Part shown: piece after piece, positions 1 to 10,025 of the stretch
Numbering within the stretch: the first letter of the stretch is position 1
Layout: the number at the start of each line of letters is the position of its first letter
Virus record (IMG/VR): IMGVR_UViG_3300035682_000007
Reading direction: 5' to 3' (one strand)
Length of the DNA: 64,000 nucleotides
Origin: an uncultured virus (IMG/VR IMGVR_UViG_3300035682_000007)
Taxonomy: Duplodnaviria > Heunggongvirae > Uroviricota > Caudoviricetes
Program-made: the position numbers and the translations under genes
The notes under the pieces: generated by a model
Seen by the model: the letters and a program-made list of their open reading frames with translations, nothing else
Databases searched by the model: none
Told to the model about the DNA's origin: nothing

Positions 1-3000
1 TACTAATAACTGCTTTATCATCAATGGTACCTGCAGATACAGTTAAAGGTGTTGTTGTTTCTTGTGGTGAATTAAGTATTTCAAGTTCTTGTGCTAATTG
101 CTCATCGATATTTGGTGGGTTTAAATCTAAATTAGTAAGAGTTTTTTCTTCACTCCTATTAATATAACATGGGTCGCCATCATTAAGATAATATCCAGAT
201 AAACTATCTGCATTAGCATAGGGTTTATCTTTAGAAATATAATCAGCTCTAGCGTCATAAACTTGTGTATTTGCAAAATAATTAAACGATAATGCATTTT
301 GAAGTTTATTAATTGGTCCCATAAGGCTTGACCCTCCAAGAAATTTAAATGATATATTAACATTTGCAATCATTGGTTGAACTCCGATTCCTTCTGGGTT
401 TAAATCCCAAACCAATGGTTCATAATCAATATTAACACTATCCATAACAATTTTAGTGTTATAGAAATCACCTATTCTAAGAATACATACAGGTGGTCTA
501 CCAAAAGCTAAATTATTAGGCCCTTGGGCTTCATATGTTGGTCCTTGTCTTGTACATTGCAACAAAAAGTTAAGTCTAGAATTAAGACCTTCAGGTGTTG
601 TTGAATGGAAAGCTGGGTGAAAATATCTTATCTTTTCTCTAAATGAATCAAACACTAAAGGGTCAATATCAGTTAATTGGTCAAAATATAATGTTTCATT
701 ATAAAATCTATCCGTTATTTTAGTATTAAATGTTTTTTTCCCAACTTCTGTAACAATATCTGGTAAAGGTATAGATTCTGCTACTAATTCATTAGAAAAT
801 TTAAATGTTACTTCAGCACGTCTATCTACTTTACAAGGTTTTTTATCAATAGCAATTTCATCACCTGGTTTACAGTCTGGATTATTTGGTACTTCACCTT
901 TAAGTCTTTTAAATCTAGCATCTCTTTCATTTTCTGGTAAAAATTTAAATAAATATTTTTTTAATTCAGTAACTAATACTTCTGCCCTACCAACTACTAA
1001 ATCTTTGTTTGATTTAACAATACCTTGTTGACTAGCAAAACCTTTTACTTCACAAATACAATTTGGACATTTTTCTTTTAAATGTTTTTCAACTTCAACT
1101 AATAAAGTACTTCTATCTTGCCAACCCCAATATTCAACACCATTAAATTTAATAGGTGTTGCATGATAACTATGACCATTTAAACCATAATTTGTGTTAT
1201 CATTCCAACCTGTTTTTTGATGTATTCCTGGTGTAAAACGAGCTGGGTAATTATCAATACCATATCCTTGACCTTCTGGATTTACTGAATAATCTATTCT
1301 TTCAGTAATGCTAGTACCACTCAAACCATTTTCATATTTTTCAGGTAAAGTAATATTATCATTAGGAAAATAAACTTTTAAATTTATATCTGGTTTTGGT
1401 TCATTTTTTGGTGTAATTTTTTGAGGTGTTCTTATTTCAAGTTTTTCATAACTAGTTTTTTCTGTTGATGTTAATAAATTGCTATCTGGTGGAATACAAC
1501 CAGCCCAAAATGAATTTACATAATGGTCATCTACCTTATTTTTTCCAGTTCTAAATGAATTAGCATAACTAGGGTGGTCTACAACTACCTTAAATGATAA
1601 ATTACCACTTCTTTCTGTATTATTATATGTATATACTGGTTCACCTCTACCAATAAAATTAGTAGACTCCCAACTAACATTATTACTTTCACTAAAATTT
1701 ATATCATATGGTGGAAACCACATAATTCTTCCTTTTTTATTATTAATTAAATCACCAGAACCAATTTCAGCTAATGGTAAATCACCAATATTATCAGCCC
1801 ATGCTAAGTTTTCAATTGAAAACATGTATCTTTTAGGGTCAGTAGTATCACCTTCAGTATAATCTTTAGTGAAAGGTGTTATTTGTGGATTACCATATTT
1901 ATCTAATATAGAACCAATACTCTTACCTTTTGTATGTCTATAATTTACTTTATCATTTCCATAAATACCATTTATACTTTCACCATCACCACTACCATGT
2001 CTTACTAATTTAGTTATACTATCATATCTATCTAGCGTTGTCCAACTTCTACAATAAGTTTCATCTGCTGTATGTGTTCCACCACTATATACACCGTTAA
2101 CAAATAAATTACCATTTAAAACTGCATTACCTTTAGAAAAACCACCACCATTTGCTTGAGAAATTTGTGTTGATTTTTTATTCATATCACCTTTTACAGT
2201 AACAATATTTTTCATACCAATACTGTTAAATAATTTTTGTGTTTTAACTAAAAGAGATTTTTTATCCCCTATTATTTCATCAGGATACGGTACATTATTA
2301 ACCATTCCACCACTACTAGTTGTCCAACTAAATGGAATTGAACTAATTACTCTATTATCATACCCACCAAAACCTCCTTTAGGATTAGGTGAAACACTGA
2401 GTTCATCTGGACTTAAAAAACCAGCAGCTATGGCTTTTTTTTCACTTAAATAAACTAAATCTGGAATAACCCCATCACTAATTGCTAAAATATTTTCAAA
2501 GTTTTTATTATCATTTGAAAAAGCATATAATTTAGCATCAGTAATTTGAAGAACACCTTTATTATTAGTAAAACCTGGTGCATATCCACTTCTAAATGGT
2601 GATTCTGTTGAATTTACATCTAAATTAGCTCTAGCGTTTGCTAATAAAGCTAATACTTGCCCTTTACCAGTATTTTGAATCATACTGTTAGCTCTAGCTA
2701 TATTTTCAGCATAATTATTTTCATCTTGGAATATAGAACCATCATCACCTAAATAACTTCTTGGAATAGTATAACCTAGCATTTTACCAGCAAAATCAGC
2801 TACTTTACCAAATGTTCCTGAAGCAACTGTAATTTGATAACTTGGTCTAAAACCAGGTAATGGTGCTCCTTTAACCAATGCTAATACGTTATCTTGAATA
2901 TTTAAAGAACCTAAAAGACTTTGTTCTACATTAAATGCTGCATTATTAGCTAATGATAATGCTAATTGTTGTGCACCTATCGTTCCAATCTTTGTATCAT

Positions 3001-3358
3001 TCAACATACCAGTAGCACCTAACACACGACCTGCTAGAGAGCTTCTAACATCAAAATTAGGTATAATTGAACCTCCACTACCATTTCCCACTCCTTGACC
3101 GTTTAAAACGCTTCCTAGAATGTCTACATTTAATGTATTAAAATCTAATTGTTGATGTGGATAAAAATTTAAATGATTTGAACCAGTATCCAATACTGGT
3201 TCACCAATATGCGGACTGCCATTAACTGATGTTGATACAGAAGGATAAGTTGAAGATATATTCTGGTTTAACAAAAAATCTCTAATATCAATCGAAACAT
3301 TGTTGATTGAATTTGATGTTTCTGGTGTTGGTTTAGTAGTATTATAAAAGATGGGCAT
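1..3358 (-). CDS. Large baseplate/tail-tube initiator-like protein (gp48/gp54-like) with inserted OmpA-like domain; 3' end runs off the window
   Basis: Absent from the ORF track. I translated it from ATG at 3358 (MPIFYNTTKP...) and it stays open to position 1. It has tube-fold-like motifs (WFPPYDINFSESNNVSWESTNFIGRGEPVYTYNNTERSGNLSF; RPPVCILRIGDFYNTKIVMDSVNIDYE), lies directly after the tape measure gene and has a late motif at 3373-3380. Confidence 0.65.
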   Translation of the reverse strand, partial: MPIFYNTTKPTPETSNSINNVSIDIRDFLLNQNISSTYPSVSTSVNGSPHIGEPVLDTGSNHLNFYPHQQLDFNTLNVDILGSVLNGQGVGNGSGGSIIPNFDVRSSLAGRVLGATGMLNDTKIGTIGAQQLALSLANNAAFNVEQSLLGSLNIQDNVLALVKGAPLPGFRPSYQITVASGTFGKVADFAGKMLGYTIPRSYLGDDGSIFQDENNYAENIARANSMIQNTGKGQVLALLANARANLDVNSTESPFRSGYAPGFTNNKGVLQITDAKLYAFSNDNKNFENILAISDGVIPDLVYLSEKKAIAAGFLSPDELSVSPNPKGGFGGYDNRVISSIPFSWTTSSGGMVNNVPYPDEIIGDKKSLLVKTQKLFNSIGMKNIVTVKGDMNKKSTQISQANGGGFSKGNAVLNGNLFVNGVYSGGTHTADETYCRSWTTLDRYDSITKLVRHGSGDGESINGIYGNDKVNYRHTKGKSIGSILDKYGNPQITPFTKDYTEGDTTDPKRYMFSIENLAWADNIGDLPLAEIGSGDLINNKKGRIMWFPPYDINFSESNNVSWESTNFIGRGEPVYTYNNTERSGNLSFKVVVDHPSYANSFRTGKNKVDDHYVNSFWAGCIPPDSNLLTSTEKTSYEKLEIRTPQKITPKNEPKPDINLKVYFPNDNITLPEKYENGLSGTSITERIDYSVNPEGQGYGIDNYPARFTPGIHQKTGWNDNTNYGLNGHSYHATPIKFNGVEYWGWQDRSTLLVEVEKHLKEKCPNCICEVKGFASQQGIVKSNKDLVVGRAEVLVTELKKYLFKFLPENERDARFKRLKGEVPNNPDCKPGDEIAIDKKPCKVDRRAEVTFKFSNELVAESIPLPDIVTEVGKKTFNTKITDRFYNETLYFDQLTDIDPLVFDSFREKIRYFHPAFHSTTPEGLNSRLNFLLQCTRQGPTYEAQGPNNLAFGRPPVCILRIGDFYNTKIVMDSVNIDYEPLVWDLNPEGIGVQPMIANVNISFKFLGGSSLMGPINKLQNALSFNYFANTQVYDARADYISKDKPYANADSLSGYYLNDGDPCYINRSEEKTLTNLDLNPPNIDEQLAQELEILNSPQETTTPLTVSAGTIDDKAVIS

Positions 3359-3440
3359 AATTTTGTTTATATATAAATATTATAATACACAAAAATTAAT
3401 CAAAATAAATAAATAAATAATTGAAAATGAATTTATATAT

Positions 3441-3570
3441 AATAAAAAAAAGCACATAAAGTACCCTTTTTATTTTATTATTAATATATTATTAATATAC
3501 TATATAATAAAAAAGAGCACATAAAGTACCCTTTTTATTTTATTATTAATATATTATTAATATACTATAT
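3441..3570. repeat. Two tandem 65-bp AT-rich copies (one mismatch)
   Basis: 3441-3505 vs 3506-3570, core AGCACATAAAGTACCCTTTTTATTTTATTATTAATATATTATTAATATACTATAT. Confidence 0.95.
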
Positions 3571-3593
3571 TATTTATTTTTATTATATAATAG

Positions 3594-3624
3594 CAAATAT
3601 ACGGAATTTAAATTAAATAATCAA
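3594..3624 (-). promoter_or_regulatory. Bacteroidota-type promoter (TTG-N20-TATATTTG)
   Basis: Matches the -33/-7 (TAnnTTTG) consensus. Similar -7 sites at 11927 (+), 15992 (+), 51130 (-), 51198 (-) and 51292 (+). Confidence 0.6.
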
Positions 3625-3693
3625 GTAATATTAAGTCTTTTTTTATTTATTTTTTATAAAATTATATAAATAGTTGAATATCACTTGATTATA

Positions 3694-6087
3694 TTAACCT
3701 GTTTGTTTTTGATTCATCATTCTTTTAGTCTCACCATGTATTAAACCAGTTACTTGTCTTATAAAATGTGCATCTTTTAATAATTCAACACTTTTACCAG
3801 GATTACCTGGTGTATCTATAGTTATACTACCTTTAAATTCAATAGGTGCAAATTCATGATTTATACTTGATGGTATGTTAGCATTTTGATTTCCTTTACC
3901 ATTTTTAGAAAGTGGACCACCAGGTTCACCAATAAACATTTCTCTATCCTGATTAGTTATTGGTGTTGCAACACCATCTTGTATGATTTGTCTACCTTTA
4001 GAATATTTAGGTTTTTTTAAATAACCATCTTCAATTGGTTGTCCTTGATATCTTGGGTCATCACTATGCATTTCATCACCAATCATTTTACCAGCATAAG
4101 AACCTATACCAGCACCAGCAGCGGCTAATGCACCAGTTGCTAATAAAGATGACCCACCTGTAAATGGTGCCAATGCTACACCTAACCCCATACCAATAGC
4201 AGCACCCCAATTGGCAGCGGTATCACCTTCTGAAGTATCTTTATTACCTGCTGCTTTAGAACTAGCAGCACCTGCTTTTTTACCAAGCCATGTTGCTCCT
4301 AAAACAGCAGCTAGTGTTCCTAAAGCACCTACTAAGGGACTAACAGCGGCACCTAATCCACCAACACCACCTGTAACTCCTAAAAATCCTGTACCTAAAG
4401 CTATACCATTTAAAATCCATTTTCCTGCGTCTAATAAAAATTTACCACCAAATAAAACAGCAAGTGTTCCTTTAGGTCCAAGAGCCATAACCATTTCTCC
4501 AATAGTTGTAAAAATAGGTTTAAGACCTTTTATAAATTCACCAATATCTTTACCTAATTTCATTAAATCTCCTTGCCAATCAGGGTCTTCCATAAAACTA
4601 GTAAGAATTGGTCCAAGTGTTTGATTAATACCATCAATAATTGGTAACATATATGTCTTAACTTGATTTATAAGATTTGTTAATTGGTCATCGAAGTTTT
4701 GTGAAGCTTTGGCTCTTTCTACCATTGATTTTTTCTCACTAACTTGCATTGCTAGAAATTTTTTATCGCCATCAGTCATTTGACTAACTAACTTAGTACT
4801 ACCATCAATTGTAATTGTTGCTTTACCTTTTTCATCTAATTGAGCAGTATTTGCAATAAATTCTTTTGTTTCAGCATCTAAACCTGGCAAACTAATTTGA
4901 TTTTTAACCTTATTCATTTTAAACATTTCTTTACCAGATTTTACTAAATCATCGTACTCAAGACCTGTTTGTTGTGCAATAATTTTAAGTCTAGACATTT
5001 CCAAACTAGACATTTCAATACTACCATCTTTAGCAAAATGCATAGAAGCTTGAGACGCTTCTGCAATTTCTTTTGTTAACCCAGCCATATCTTCACGAGC
5101 CATATACATTAAATGGAAAGGGTCAGCCATTTTAGCCCAAGCACCACCCATAACCTGTAATTGAGCCGACATATCAACAGCACCTTCAATATCCCATAAT
5201 TTATCTGACATACCAGCAGCAAAATCCATTTTAATACCTAATTTAGTAGTTAATTCAGCCATTTTAGCTAATCCTCTAACACCATCTTTGAAATGATATT
5301 TGTTAAGCATTTTGATATTACCAGCAATATTTTTAACTACTTTAGAAGCATTAAGACCCATTTTATGTGAATCATTCATTGTTTGTTCAATATAATCACC
5401 AGTACGTTCTGCTGAAAAACCAACCTCTTCCATATTAACAGCTAGTTCACCAGCACCTTCAGCTCCTAAACCAGTAGCTACAGACATTGCTGCCATAGAT
5501 TTAAGACCTTTATCACCAAGCATAACACTTCTACCTAAATCTTCAGTATATTGCCCTTGCATTTTAGCTAAAGCCTCAATATTAACACCTATTTCATTAG
5601 TGCTAGCAGCTGTTTGTCTAATAGATTCAGCATATGATGAACCTTCTTTACCCAATAGACCCATTTGAAGAGCTGACATCTTAACAGCCTTATCCATTTC
5701 AAATAAACCAAATCCTTTAAGTTTACCCCATTGTCTTTGTACTTCACCTGGTAATTTAGCTAAACCATTAATACCAGCTTTACCTGCAGAAAGTAAAGCC
5801 ATTTGATATTTATTAGCCTCTTTAACGGCTAATTTTATCATTTTTATTTGTCTATTGTATTCAAGAGTTTGTTCTTTAAGATATTTTATTTGTTCTTCTA
5901 ACTTAATTTTTTGTTGACCAATTGCATTATTTCTTTCTTCTTCTAATTTTGCAATAAATTTTGTGGTATCTTTTACTGTTTTTTGAAGAGTTTTTAATTT
6001 TTCAACACCAGCTAGATAACCTTCCATAGAGGTTGAAATTTCAGCCCTATATTTAGCTTCTTCTTTTAAATCACTTAAACTTGACAT
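3694..6087 (-). CDS. Tape measure protein (797 aa)
   Basis: Long helical A/M/K-rich protein with Gly/Ala-rich hydrophobic C-terminal segments, placed between the tail chaperone genes and the baseplate gene. Confidence 0.75.
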   Translation of the reverse strand: MSSLSDLKEEAKYRAEISTSMEGYLAGVEKLKTLQKTVKDTTKFIAKLEEERNNAIGQQKIKLEEQIKYLKEQTLEYNRQIKMIKLAVKEANKYQMALLSAGKAGINGLAKLPGEVQRQWGKLKGFGLFEMDKAVKMSALQMGLLGKEGSSYAESIRQTAASTNEIGVNIEALAKMQGQYTEDLGRSVMLGDKGLKSMAAMSVATGLGAEGAGELAVNMEEVGFSAERTGDYIEQTMNDSHKMGLNASKVVKNIAGNIKMLNKYHFKDGVRGLAKMAELTTKLGIKMDFAAGMSDKLWDIEGAVDMSAQLQVMGGAWAKMADPFHLMYMAREDMAGLTKEIAEASQASMHFAKDGSIEMSSLEMSRLKIIAQQTGLEYDDLVKSGKEMFKMNKVKNQISLPGLDAETKEFIANTAQLDEKGKATITIDGSTKLVSQMTDGDKKFLAMQVSEKKSMVERAKASQNFDDQLTNLINQVKTYMLPIIDGINQTLGPILTSFMEDPDWQGDLMKLGKDIGEFIKGLKPIFTTIGEMVMALGPKGTLAVLFGGKFLLDAGKWILNGIALGTGFLGVTGGVGGLGAAVSPLVGALGTLAAVLGATWLGKKAGAASSKAAGNKDTSEGDTAANWGAAIGMGLGVALAPFTGGSSLLATGALAAAGAGIGSYAGKMIGDEMHSDDPRYQGQPIEDGYLKKPKYSKGRQIIQDGVATPITNQDREMFIGEPGGPLSKNGKGNQNANIPSSINHEFAPIEFKGSITIDTPGNPGKSVELLKDAHFIRQVTGLIHGETKRMMNQKQTG

Positions 6088-6089
6088 AA

Positions 6090-7106
6090 TTAACTATTTT
6101 TAACTTTAAAACCTGTTGAATCTAAAAATTGTAGTTTAACAGGTATTGATTTGTTTTTAAATTTATTCCCTGTTTTGGTTGAATATGTTGATACATAACA
6201 AAGAAAATAGTTAGGGGTTTTTTCAGTGCTAATATTTTTTGTAACTAAAATTTCAAAATTTTTATCCACATCTGTTAGTTTTCTTTGATTTTTTTCGTTT
6301 GTATTACCAACTTTAGCTTCTTTTTCTCCATTGAATACAATATAATTAATTTTATCATCTATTTCATATTGTAAATCATATCTTTCTAAACTTTTAAAAC
6401 GAGCTATATAAGGTTTACGAAAATCTGCGTTTAAATATTCATTACTACCTTTATCTCTATATGAATTAACTAATTGATTTGCAATAATAATACCGCTACC
6501 TTTTGGTTTTTCACCTTTAATTTCAGCACTTAATCTTTCTAAAAAACTAGGTTGTTTATACAATGCTTGTCTAAAAATATCATCACTTTTAAATTCAGCT
6601 TCAATATCATCAATCATTTCATCATATTCTTCTTCATCAGGTTCCTCATCAGTACTAGGGTCTAGTTCAATAGGTTTAGATATATCATCTGGGTTAGCAA
6701 CTGGTTTAGCGATAGGTTCTGGTTTTTCAGCATTAGCATCACCAGGTATATTAACTAAATTACCATTTCTTTCAATATCTAATTCTTTAGGTTCAAAATC
6801 AACACCTTTAGGGTTTTGACCATTTTCATCAAAAATAGAATAACTAAATTTTTTATTTATTTCATCATAACTGTTAAGTTTAAACATTATTTTTCTTGGT
6901 TGCCCTTTAAAATTAGTTTCACCTACAATTTCATCAGTTGAACGATTATAATTAGTTACTTTTATTTTTAAGTTAAAAGCACCTTTAAATATTAAAATAT
7001 CACCTACCTTAGCATAATCCAAAGTTGAGTTGATATCAGCAGTTTCAAATAAGAATTCTTGTAGTTTATTATATTGAGATTCAGTAATAATTAATTTTCT
7101 TTTCAT
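6090..7106 (-). CDS. Hypothetical late protein, candidate head-internal protein
   Basis: 338 aa. Leader MKRKLIITESQY is shared with the 13481 and 16288 ORFs. Late motif at 7125-7132. Confidence 0.5.
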   Translation of the reverse strand: MKRKLIITESQYNKLQEFLFETADINSTLDYAKVGDILIFKGAFNLKIKVTNYNRSTDEIVGETNFKGQPRKIMFKLNSYDEINKKFSYSIFDENGQNPKGVDFEPKELDIERNGNLVNIPGDANAEKPEPIAKPVANPDDISKPIELDPSTDEEPDEEEYDEMIDDIEAEFKSDDIFRQALYKQPSFLERLSAEIKGEKPKGSGIIIANQLVNSYRDKGSNEYLNADFRKPYIARFKSLERYDLQYEIDDKINYIVFNGEKEAKVGNTNEKNQRKLTDVDKNFEILVTKNISTEKTPNYFLCYVSTYSTKTGNKFKNKSIPVKLQFLDSTGFKVKNS

Positions 7107-7144
7107 ATCAAAAGTATTTTGTTTATAAATATCATATAAAATAA

Positions 7145-7171
7145 AAATACCTGCAATTAACGCAGGTATTT
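7145..7171 (-). terminator. Intrinsic terminator
   Basis: Stem AAATACCTGC/GCAGGTATTT with a T tail on the minus strand. Confidence 0.7.
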
Positions 7172-7172
7172 A

Positions 7173-7421
7173 TTAATTTAATGGAATATCACCATTTTTC
7201 ATTCTATTTTTTAATGCATCACCACTTACTGTTGATGTTCGGTTACCTTTAGAATTTGATTTTGCTGCTTGTGTTTGTTCTTCATGGTGTTCTTTTTGTT
7301 TACTTAAGTCTCTAGATTTAAGACTTAAGAAAAATCTTCTTTCGTAAACTGGTAAAGCTAAAACATCAGCATAAGTAAATCCATCTAAGTGTTGTGTGCA
7401 AATATATATTTCTTCTAACAA
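7173..7421 (-). CDS. Second (GT-like/gp51-like) tail assembly chaperone frame, probably reached by frameshift
   Basis: LEEIYICTQHLDGFTYADVLALPVYERRFFL. It is in the +1 frame relative to the upstream gene, has only a TTG start, and the frame is open back through the T7 run at 7449-7455. Confidence 0.6.
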   Translation of the reverse strand: MLEEIYICTQHLDGFTYADVLALPVYERRFFLSLKSRDLSKQKEHHEEQTQAAKSNSKGNRTSTVSGDALKNRMKNGDIPLN

Positions 7422-7428
7422 CGGAGCT

Positions 7429-8781
7429 TTATACTCGGAAGTCAGGCCAAAAAAATCCGAGGTTAAGTGGAAGAAATGTATCTACGGAACCACCTCCAGG
7501 GGTCCCAACAGTAATATTTAAATCAATTCCACTTTCAATTGATTCAATATAATTGTTAAACTCTTTACCATCTTTAATTCTAATTGATGAAACAAAATCT
7601 TTAATAGTATTTTTATCTCTAGAACCATTAACTTCAACTAACATTTTTTCTAATAGATATGTTGAAGTATTATTAATTAAAATACCATTTTCTTTCTCCA
7701 ATTCAACTAATTTATCAACATCGTCTACTTCACCACATGTAAGAAATTTAAATTTAGCACTAGCTTGTGATAATTTAAAATAATAATCAAATAAACCTTC
7801 TTCATCTGGTTCAGCTCCTAGGTTTTTTGTTTTTAATTCATTAAGATTAAGTTCAGTTTCAAATGCATCACCATTTTCATCTAAAAGTGTTACTGGATAC
7901 ATTTCACCATACCCTGTTGCTCTTAACCAAATCATAATAGCATTTCTATCACCAACCAATAAATCTTTATATCTTAATTCTGGTTCAAGGATTTTTCTAT
8001 TAATAAGAATACTTAAGAATTCACCACTTTGTAATAAATTAGGACTGCTAAGAATATTTTCATCAGCAGTAGTCATATAACCAACCCTAATATTCGTTTT
8101 TTTATTACGATACGTTTTACCCTGTGAAGGTAATGGAATTACATCAAATGGTGAATTATAGTTTGGTTGACTTATCTCTAAAAGATAAGGATTAAGATTA
8201 TTAGATGCAGATGCTACAGGTGTAGGTTGACTAATAGGTTGTTGTGTTGGTACTGGACGAGGTGTATAACCTTGTTCATAAGATTGATTGTTTGTCATGT
8301 TTTGTTCTTGGTATTTATTAACTTCTTTATTTCTAGCTTCCCAATTATTATTTAAATTATTTTGATTTGTGCCAGGATTAAAATCACTTACGTATTTTCT
8401 ATTCATCGCTTCTTCAGATAATTTTTGATAATTTTTGGTCTGTTCAATATTCATTTTTAATTGTTCATCACGTAAAGCTATTTGGTCTTGGCTTTTTTGT
8501 TCGACAAATCTTCTAGTTGAAGCAGTAGTTTCAGCTAATTCTGGTTGTGCTACGGTACCATACATTTCTTTTTGTTTTAATTGATTTGCTGTTCGTTCCT
8601 GCATCATAGCTAAAGCGTCAGCATGACCTATAGGTGTATCTGGTAGTTTTGTTGGTCCTAGATATATTTCATTGGTGGCAAGATTTTTTTCTGCTTCGAA
8701 GGCTTCTTTTTTGGCTCTTTCAGAATTAGCCAAAGCCATTTGGTCCTTTGTAGGGATTACTTGTGGTTTTTTTTCACTCAT
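7429..8781 (-). CDS. T4 gp26-like baseplate hub assembly/tail chaperone with Q/N-rich N-terminal extension
   Basis: Motifs LPSQGKTY...YMTTADENIL...DLLVGDRNAIMIWLRATGYG and terminal FFWP. Confidence 0.75.
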   Translation of the reverse strand: MSEKKPQVIPTKDQMALANSERAKKEAFEAEKNLATNEIYLGPTKLPDTPIGHADALAMMQERTANQLKQKEMYGTVAQPELAETTASTRRFVEQKSQDQIALRDEQLKMNIEQTKNYQKLSEEAMNRKYVSDFNPGTNQNNLNNNWEARNKEVNKYQEQNMTNNQSYEQGYTPRPVPTQQPISQPTPVASASNNLNPYLLEISQPNYNSPFDVIPLPSQGKTYRNKKTNIRVGYMTTADENILSSPNLLQSGEFLSILINRKILEPELRYKDLLVGDRNAIMIWLRATGYGEMYPVTLLDENGDAFETELNLNELKTKNLGAEPDEEGLFDYYFKLSQASAKFKFLTCGEVDDVDKLVELEKENGILINNTSTYLLEKMLVEVNGSRDKNTIKDFVSSIRIKDGKEFNNYIESIESGIDLNITVGTPGGGSVDTFLPLNLGFFWPDFRV

Positions 8782-8812
8782 TTTCTTTTAAAACTTATTT
8801 TTGTATTTAATT

Positions 8813-8859
8813 ATAACTATTTAAAAATAAATATACTAATTTAAGTTTTTTTGTAAATG
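8813..8859. repeat. 47-bp perfect direct repeat, copy 1 (contains a minus-strand promoter)
   Basis: Identical to 10021-10067. The minus strand reads TTTACA-N16-TATATTTAT. Confidence 0.95.
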
Positions 8860-9027
8860 GTTAAATATTTATTACTTTATAAATAATTTATTTTAATTAA
8901 ATGATACTATTAAATCATTAAACGATACTATTTTAATAGTTAACGTTTTAAATTTAAAATAATACTTGACAAAACAATTTAATTTAGTATATTTAGTAAA
9001 AATAATTTAAATAAAAATTAAATAAAA

Positions 9028-9642
9028 ATGGAAAATGAATTTGATGATAAACAAATATTAATTAATCTAGGTCAAAAAAAGAAAATAGACTCTAAAATTA
9101 TTAAAAATAGTGAGTATATTAAAAAAATTATAGAACTTACTAATAATTCAAATATTTTAAGTAAAAAAAATATAGAAACAGTTCAAAATATAGAAAAACC
9201 AAAACTTAAATTTTTAAGTAAAATTATAAAATATCTAAAAGATTTAATTTTTAAATATGTTATAGCACCTGAAATTAAAAGGTTAGAAAAAGAAGAAAAA
9301 TTAATAAAACAACAAAACTCTCAAAAAAGAATAGATGATATTAAAGAATTATTATATAATTCTATGAGTTATGAAAATAAAAAATATTTTGATAGACTTG
9401 ATTCCATGAAAAAAGAAAGTGGTTGTTATTTACCTAGTAAATTTTCATTATTATATAACCCAGAAGATGTACTTTTACATAATAATGAACTAACTAAAGA
9501 TAAACCTTCAATATTTACTTTAAAAGAAAATGAATTTAAAAATATAAATAAACAATTAAAAAATCAAGAACTACTCAAAAGAAAAGTTGAAAAATTACTC
9601 AGTAAAGAAGATACATTGGGTGGGTCAAAACCTATAGTTTAA
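9028..9642 (+). CDS. Hypothetical Lys-rich protein (204 aa)
   Basis: ORF preceded by TTGACA-N16-TATATT; no recognisable motif. Confidence 0.6.
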   Translation: MENEFDDKQILINLGQKKKIDSKIIKNSEYIKKIIELTNNSNILSKKNIETVQNIEKPKLKFLSKIIKYLKDLIFKYVIAPEIKRLEKEEKLIKQQNSQKRIDDIKELLYNSMSYENKKYFDRLDSMKKESGCYLPSKFSLLYNPEDVLLHNNELTKDKPSIFTLKENEFKNINKQLKNQELLKRKVEKLLSKEDTLGGSKPIV

Positions 9643-9654
9643 AAGATTAAAAAT

Positions 9655-9686
9655 AAAAACCTTATTGTTTAAGTAATAAGTTTTTT
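9655..9686. terminator. Probable bidirectional terminator
   Basis: AAAAACCTTATTG...TAATAAGTTTTTT imperfect stem between convergent units. Confidence 0.5.
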
Positions 9687-9845
9687 ATAAACCCATTTTT
9701 TATTTCCACAATCATAAATTCTATTTATTCCACGTTCTTTCATTATTTCTTTTTCGGTTTTATTTTTATCAAAACCTTCTTTAATTAAAACATCTTTTCT
9801 ATATTTAAATCTACCTTCTCTTTTATTTTTAATAATATAGTAATA
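9669..9845 (-). pseudogene. C-terminal relic of a Hef-like homing endonuclease
   Basis: YYYIIKNKREGRFKYRKDVLIKEGFDKNKTEKEIMKERGINRIYDCGNKKW aligns to the C-terminus of 11982..13469 (YFYIIGKIRKHRFGFRK...TEHEIMLERKIYRIYDCG); no start codon. Confidence 0.85.
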
Positions 9846-9893
9846 AATATTAAGGAAGTCAAGGATATGCGTAAAAATATAAATAAACAGTTG

Positions 9894-10025
9894 CTAAAAC
9901 AAAAGTATCGCTCTATCAAAACGTAACGTAGCCGTTACTTCTGTAATACTATCGTCATCCATTGCTAAATCACCAAATCCAACATTGGTTAACATAGTAC
10001 CATCCAGTAACCATTTTTCGATAAC
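9894..10025 (-). pseudogene. Duplicated 3' fragment of the tail tube gene (divergent allele)
   Basis: VIEKWLLDGTMLTNVGFGDLAMDDDSITEVTATLRFDRAILLF*: 42/43 aa identical to the end of 11409..11897, with 31 nt differences in 132 by hand alignment. Confidence 0.95.

Noticed and set aside
9669..10025. TAG readthrough fusing the tube fragment to the Hef relic (same frame, no other stop)
   Set aside because: One-in-three chance of the same frame; the linker looks intergenic and contains a late motif; no supporting signal
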